A stretch of DNA of 63,394 bases, counting the filler, from Candidatus Eiseniibacteriota bacterium (GTDB lineage: Bacteria > Orphanbacterota > Orphanbacteria > Orphanbacterales > Orphanbacteraceae), in NCBI GenBank assembly GCA_043809585.1. It is 4 parts of 4 records of this genome, joined end to end, with 100 filler letters (N's around TTAATTAATTAA, not from the genome) between each part and the next. Parts side by side here need not be neighbours in the genome. Positions count along the whole stretch, not along the records: positions 57,550 to 63,394 come from JBDROZ010000075.1; 3 more parts are not named here. One strand, written 5' to 3'. This document shows positions 58,612-63,394 of the stretch, piece by piece. Every line of letters starts with the position of its first letter. Within the stretch, counting starts at the first letter, position 1. The notes below the pieces were generated by a model. It was not told the DNA's origin. It saw only the letters and a program-made list of their open reading frames with translations, and did not search any database. Position numbers and translations under genes: made by a program.

Positions 58612-59585
58612 GAGAACCGATTCCGCTTATCCGCGCCGCTTGCATTGGCCTGGCGCTCATCTCCTTCTCCTGTCTCCATTGCGATCGCGGCACCGATCCC
58701 GACGAGATCGACGTGGAGCTTTCCACGCTCTGGCCGAACGGGGATGGGAGTTCGTGGACGTTCCGGGTGGAGGAGCGAACCGTCTATGACTCGGTTCCCG
58801 CCCTTGCGGGATTCGATCCCTTCGGCGACGAAGAGGTGGACTATCTCGATTTGGCGGCGCGCCTCGACCTTCCCATTCCTGATCCGGCCCATTCGATCGC
58901 GACGGAGTCGAATACCCTTCGCTATCGCTTCGAGGGGACGGTGTCGACCGAGGCCGGTCCCAAGCAGAAACTCGTCATGGCGCGGATCGGGAAAACCGAA
59001 GGGCGGACCGGGTCGTTCGACGATTATGTCGCTACCGCCACCGCAGCCAGCTCGGACCTCGCGGAGAGCATCCCCTTCCAGGGCCCGCCCCGGAAGCGAG
59101 GTGTTCCCAAGGCCCTGGTGGGACCCTTGTTCCGGTCGGGTGAGATCGCGTTCGAAGGGCAGGATGATTGGATCGGGTACTATCCTTCTCCGGATTGGGG
59201 GGGGAGCGATCCATCGTTCACAGTGGTGCAGGCTCCCCTCCGCCCCGGAGCCTCCTTTCGCCAGATGCTCGGCGGGACGCTCTCGGACGATTTCTGGGAA
59301 TACGGGTGGATCGTCGGCGAGCGGACAATCGGCTCGCCCGCCGGGAGAATCGAGACTGTTCGTATCGTCTACCTCTTCGACTTGGGCGAATCGGACATTA
59401 TCAACGAGAATGGAGAGTGGCTCGGGACTTTTCGGTCCTACGCGATCTCGACCCTCGACTTGGCCCCGGATGTCGGCCCGGTGTTTCAGAGGGACTATCT
59501 CACGATTCCCGGCATCAACGAGTTGGGCATTCCAACCTCCACGGTCTGCCGAGAAATGAGCCTGCTCGATTACGACCTCCAATGA
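58593..59585 (+). CDS. Hypothetical lipoprotein
   Basis: GGAG RBS before GTG 58593; hydrophobic stretch with Cys; WP..DGSSWTF and APDVGPV motifs. Confidence 0.65.
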   Translation: MGLETLREPIPLIRAACIGLALISFSCLHCDRGTDPDEIDVELSTLWPNGDGSSWTFRVEERTVYDSVPALAGFDPFGDEEVDYLDLAARLDLPIPDPAHSIATESNTLRYRFEGTVSTEAGPKQKLVMARIGKTEGRTGSFDDYVATATAASSDLAESIPFQGPPRKRGVPKALVGPLFRSGEIAFEGQDDWIGYYPSPDWGGSDPSFTVVQAPLRPGASFRQMLGGTLSDDFWEYGWIVGERTIGSPAGRIETVRIVYLFDLGESDIINENGEWLGTFRSYAISTLDLAPDVGPVFQRDYLTIPGINELGIPTSTVCREMSLLDYDLQ

Positions 59586-59608
59586 AAGCCCGCGAGGTTT
59601 CCCGTTCC

Positions 59609-61033
59609 CTACCTCACCACCGTGACCCGCGACTTACGCACTCCCTCGCTCGTTTCGATCCGGTAGAAGTACGTTCCCGGCGGTACCGGCCGCCCGCCCT
59701 CGTCCCGGCCGTCCCATGGGAGATAGGCGAAGCCGTTCGCCGCGGCCTCGGGGCCTTCGAGGAGGCGGACCAACCGTCCCCGGAGATCGTAGACCATTCC
59801 CTCCGCGCCCCCCGAGGCGGGCGCCCGGAAGAAGAGGTTCGTGCCGCTTCGGAACGGATTCGGTTGGGCCCACGCCGCGCGGCCGGCGATCATCATCTCG
59901 CTCTCGGCCCCGCCCGGGATGCCCGCGTCGACCCCCCTCACGATCTCGAGATCCGCGGGGGGGAGGCCGAGGGAGAGGGGGGAGGGAGTGAGACGGGCGC
60001 CGGTCGTCCCGTCGAATACGATCACCCCCGGCGCCGTGATCTTCCGGTCCGCCACGAAGAGGTGGGACGTTACCGGATCGTATTCGATGTCCGGCACGTA
60101 GCCGTCGGTGGAGTAAAGCGTATCGAGGGGGGCGCCCGTGGCGACGTCGAAGGAGACGATGCGGGTCGAGAAGAACCAGTCGTCCGAGACGGCGGCGAAT
60201 CCGATCGCCCCGTCGGTGGCGATGACGCCGAGGTCCCCTCCGAGGGCCGCCTCGGTCATCACGAACCCTTCCGTCGCGAGCGCCCTGAGATCGACGCGCT
60301 CCACGCCGCCATCCTCGGCGAGGTAGTTCCCCGTGCAGCCGACGTACAGCCTGCCCGCGTCGGCGTCGAGCCGCATCGGGCCGTTCGGGTTCTTACCGGC
60401 GAGGGCGATTCCCTGCACGCCGGGCAATCCCGGATCGGCGTCGACGAGGGCGTTCGTGGCGACGTCGATCACCGCGAGGTAGGCGGGGGAGACGGGCGTC
60501 CACGTGTTCCGGTCGATCCGCTGGACCTGCACGAAAAGGCGGCCGCCCCAGAGAGCCGTCTGGGCCATCTCGGGAAGGCCGTCGGCGTCGGCGAAAGAGG
60601 AGAGATCGACGGAGTCGACGATCGCCCCGGTCCCGGGATCGACCTCGTAGAGCCAGACCGATTCGTACCGGGTCACGTACGCCTTCGAGGCAGTCGCGAA
60701 GGCGATGTCCTGGGGATTGCTTCCGGCGCCGACGGAGAACTCGAGCACCGTCTCGTAGTCCGAAGCCGGATCGATCACCTGGATCGCGTCGGCGTAGAGC
60801 CGGTTGATCACGTAGATCCGGTTCCGCCACGATCGGACCGCCGGATCCGAACCGACCGGCTCGAGTCCGGTCTCCACGTTCCACGGTGTTTCCATGTTCA
60901 TCCGCCCGCACTGCCCGCTCGTTTCGTAATCGGTGGTCACCGCGAAGAGGTAGTCGCCGGCGAGGGCGCCGCCGGACGCGCCGAAGGGGGCGAGGGCGAG
61001 GAGGGTGAGGGCGAAGGGGCGGGTCTTGTTCAT
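59609..61033 (-). CDS. YncE/BtuG-like beta-propeller with a C-terminal FlgD-Ig domain
   Basis: Sec signal ending ALA; IYVINR..D.IQVID, GSNPQDI..KAYVT repeats; PNPF..VYDLRGRLVR..WDGRDE..GTYFYR. Confidence 0.82.
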   Translation of the reverse strand: MNKTRPFALTLLALAPFGASGGALAGDYLFAVTTDYETSGQCGRMNMETPWNVETGLEPVGSDPAVRSWRNRIYVINRLYADAIQVIDPASDYETVLEFSVGAGSNPQDIAFATASKAYVTRYESVWLYEVDPGTGAIVDSVDLSSFADADGLPEMAQTALWGGRLFVQVQRIDRNTWTPVSPAYLAVIDVATNALVDADPGLPGVQGIALAGKNPNGPMRLDADAGRLYVGCTGNYLAEDGGVERVDLRALATEGFVMTEAALGGDLGVIATDGAIGFAAVSDDWFFSTRIVSFDVATGAPLDTLYSTDGYVPDIEYDPVTSHLFVADRKITAPGVIVFDGTTGARLTPSPLSLGLPPADLEIVRGVDAGIPGGAESEMMIAGRAAWAQPNPFRSGTNLFFRAPASGGAEGMVYDLRGRLVRLLEGPEAAANGFAYLPWDGRDEGGRPVPPGTYFYRIETSEGVRKSRVTVVR

Positions 61034-61037
61034 CGGT

Positions 61038-63116
61038 TCATTCCCCGTGGGTTGCCGGTTGGGTATCGTTCCCGTCCCAGGCGACGGTGACGTACACCGT
61101 CCGGCCGGGCATGGGGTAGCCGAAAGAATCGGACGCACGAAGATCGCTCACGTTCTGCACGTCCAGGTCGAGGCTCATGCGGTCCCGGAAGAAACGGGCT
61201 CGGGCGCCGAGGTCGTGGGTCCGCCGCGCCGCGGCCCGGTCCTCCTCCGTGTTCGCCCGGTCCCGGTAGTAGCGATCGAGGTAGGCGAACTCGTGGCGGA
61301 GCGTCACGGCGCCGAAGCGGAGCGACGTTCGGAGAAGAAGCTCCCGGGGAGAGACATAGGGGAGCCACTTTCCGTCCCAGTGGGGGACCGTCCCGCGCTG
61401 GCGGACGTCCTGGCTCGTGAAGCTCCCGTCCACGCGGAGCCGGCCGCCGAAGGAGGCCCTCCCCTCGATCTCGATCCCCTCGGCGACGGCCCGCTCCAGG
61501 TTGACCGCCTTGAAACTCTGCTGCGAGTTCTGGATGAAGACGATGAGCGAGTCCCGGTCCGACCGGAACGCGGAGACTTCGAGATCCCCCGTGAAACGTC
61601 CCCGCGCCGGCGCCCCGAGTCGGAATCCACCGTCCCAGGTGACGCCCCGCTCCGGCACGAGGTCCGGGTTGGGGCGGACGTCGCCGTTGGTGCCGAAGAG
61701 CTCGTAGAGGGTCGGGAACCGGCCGTCCTCGTTCCGGCTCGCCTTGAACGTCACCCCGGGCGCGATCTCCGCCCGGGCCCCGACCGTGCTGCCCCGCACC
61801 GAGGATCGGAACGGCTCCTCCCTCGCCCCCGGCGGCGGACCGTAGGGAAGATAGCCGTGGAAATTGTCCTCCGACTCCCGAACGCGCCATCCGGCGAGAA
61901 TCGTGAACCGCTCGCGTAGGAGGAAGACCTCGTCTTCTACGTTCACCCCCGACACCCGCCGGCTCCGCGTGAAGCCCTCGCCGACCGCCGGATTCTCGTC
62001 GACCGGCGTGAACCGCTCCTCCCGCCACTCGGCGCCGACCTTCCACGTTTGCCGCGCTTCGACCCAGTCGCCGGTGAGGAGGCCCCGGCCTCCGCTCGCC
62101 GTGCTCCGGTGGATCAGGTCGGAACGATGGAGCGTCGGCTCACCCCCCGGGTTCGAGTAGCGTTCCCGCCGGTAGAGATGGTATGCCGTCCCATCCGACC
62201 GGAGCCGCCCGCGGAGGAAGCGGGGGGACTCGGCGCGGGCCGTCACCTGGTGGCGCCGGTTGTCGAAGGAGGCTTCCTCGTAGATCAGATTCCCGTGGCC
62301 GGGGAGGCCGCTCTCCTTCAGGTACCAGTCGTCCTGCAGGGTGAGGCGCCATCCCCGGAGCGGAGGGAGACGGAGCTTGCCGAGGAGGGCGTGCTCCCGG
62401 AAGGCGTTGTTCTCTCTCGTAAGCGTCGTGTCGTCCGCCGCGTTCTGAAATCGGGTGCCCGGGTCGTAGTGGAACTCGAAATCCCCCCGGGTTTGGAGGT
62501 GGCGGTAGGAGAGAATGTAGGCGGCCCTTCCGAGGCGGCCCGAGCGGAGGGCGGTCGTCTTCCACGTGTCGTAGCTTCCGCCGGTGACGGCGAAAGACGT
62601 GTGGGGCGTGCCGGCCGGCCGCGTGACGAGATTCACCACGCCGCCGATGCCCGCCGTGCCGAACTCGGCGGGGGCGCCGCTCCGGAAGATTTCGGCGCGG
62701 ACGAGATTGTCCACCGGAAGCTCGGCAAGGTTGATGGCGCCCCACTGGGCGGAGTTCAAGGGGACCCCATCGAGGTAGATTTCCACCTGCCCCGAGGCGC
62801 TCCCCCGGATCGACGCCGTCGCGTACGCGCCGAGCCCGCCGAACCGCCGGACCCGGACGCCCGCCGACTCCTCGAGGATGTCGGCGATCGTGAGGAGCCG
62901 CTCGTCCGCCTCCTCGAGGTCCCGGACGCTCGCGAAGAGGGGAAGCCGTTCGATTCGGGCCGCCCAGGGGTCGGCGTCCGCCACGACATCGATCGTGTCG
63001 ATCGGCCCGTAGAGCGGCTCCGGCTCCCCGCCGCGGGCGGGGGCGAAGGAGGAGAGGATCGCGAGAAGGGCGCCGGCGGGGATCCACGCTCCCCGGCGCT
63101 TGGCAAAGACGAACAT
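61038..63116 (-). CDS. TonB-dependent cobalamin receptor (BtuB-like)
   Basis: Plug GGLG.YAT.SIRG..QV..YLDGVPLN, GGVVNLVT, FPT..EL, NPDL.PE, YPMPGR; downstream of a cobalamin riboswitch. Confidence 0.88.
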   Translation of the reverse strand: MFVFAKRRGAWIPAGALLAILSSFAPARGGEPEPLYGPIDTIDVVADADPWAARIERLPLFASVRDLEEADERLLTIADILEESAGVRVRRFGGLGAYATASIRGSASGQVEIYLDGVPLNSAQWGAINLAELPVDNLVRAEIFRSGAPAEFGTAGIGGVVNLVTRPAGTPHTSFAVTGGSYDTWKTTALRSGRLGRAAYILSYRHLQTRGDFEFHYDPGTRFQNAADDTTLTRENNAFREHALLGKLRLPPLRGWRLTLQDDWYLKESGLPGHGNLIYEEASFDNRRHQVTARAESPRFLRGRLRSDGTAYHLYRRERYSNPGGEPTLHRSDLIHRSTASGGRGLLTGDWVEARQTWKVGAEWREERFTPVDENPAVGEGFTRSRRVSGVNVEDEVFLLRERFTILAGWRVRESEDNFHGYLPYGPPPGAREEPFRSSVRGSTVGARAEIAPGVTFKASRNEDGRFPTLYELFGTNGDVRPNPDLVPERGVTWDGGFRLGAPARGRFTGDLEVSAFRSDRDSLIVFIQNSQQSFKAVNLERAVAEGIEIEGRASFGGRLRVDGSFTSQDVRQRGTVPHWDGKWLPYVSPRELLLRTSLRFGAVTLRHEFAYLDRYYRDRANTEEDRAAARRTHDLGARARFFRDRMSLDLDVQNVSDLRASDSFGYPMPGRTVYVTVAWDGNDTQPATHGE

Positions 63117-63162
63117 CGGAGGTCCGCTCGTTCTCGGCGGGAGGAGAAGCCCGGGGGGCGAC

Positions 63163-63190
63163 AAAAAAACCGAAGCGGCCGCCGCTTCGG
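63163..63190 (-). terminator. Riboswitch expression-platform terminator
   Basis: Minus strand ccgaagcgg-cgg-ccgcttcgg followed by T7. Confidence 0.8.
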
Positions 63191-63260
63191 GGGGCCCCGT
63201 CGCGGCTTTTCCTCGAGCCGACATCTCGGGTGGTCCCGGCCGTGCGGCCGGGCATCGCTT

Positions 63261-63394
63261 CCCCGGGCAGGTCTTCTGGCTTCCGGGTCGTCCTACTCCC
63301 CACGCCTTCCCGGGAAACGCGTTCCCAGTGGCATGATGTGGGTTTCGTCGCCGGTTACAGCGGCGGGCCCGCAACGGATTCGCACCGTTTTCCC
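63261..63394 (-). ncRNA. Cobalamin riboswitch (5' end outside the window)
   Basis: Minus strand gggaa.cggtgcgaatcc..ccgctgtaa..gccactgg..gggaagg..B12 box agccagaagacctgcc. Confidence 0.93.

Noticed and set aside
1..63394. Many long overlapping or antisense ORFs (e.g. 5863-7860, 12303-14534, 19488-21734, 55030-57501)
   Set aside because: Arg/Pro/Gly-rich shadow frames expected in GC-rich DNA, overlapping well-supported genes
1..63394. CRISPR array, tRNA, rRNA, prophage or defence island
   Set aside because: No regularly spaced repeats, cloverleaf or hallmark genes seen by eye

Overview
High-GC bacterial DNA, probably from a metagenome-assembled genome. It is four contigs joined by artificial 100-nt N/TTAATTAATTAA linkers (about 19055-19154, 26991-27090 and 57450-57549), so gene neighbourhood across linkers is not real. 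FlgD-Ig/T9SS-like C-terminal domains and a C-terminal SWGxxKxxFR motif suggest an FCB-group candidate lineage such as Eisenbacteria or Latescibacterota (inference). Contig 1 has a housekeeping operon (rho-rpmE-DUF1385-prfA-prmC-murA-selB-ltaE-rsmI-CDP-alcohol phosphatidyltransferase), a TPR lipoprotein, a sulfatase-like protein and three GT-C glycosyltransferases. Contig 2 has yajC-fmt-rsmB-PASTA-rpe, a hypothetical gene and a complete IS1634-like element. Contig 3 has stacked CTAG-targeting MITEs, secreted proteins, a Fic gene, a glycan-modification cluster with a B12 radical SAM enzyme, a sigma54-driven Omp85/DUF4390/kinase/bEBP/beta-barrel operon, wzm-wzt, a TonB receptor with YfiR and an SLC12-like transporter. 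Contig 4 has an IS end, REP-like repeats, pduO, a lipoprotein and a cobalamin-riboswitch-controlled BtuB-like receptor with a secreted beta-propeller. Four genes carry single-base homopolymer frameshifts, most likely sequencing errors. The best leads are the apparently autoregulated sigma54 Omp85 signalling module, the non-lipoprotein BtuG-like protein, the SWG C-terminal motif and the nested CTAG/stop-codon-targeting hairpin MITEs.
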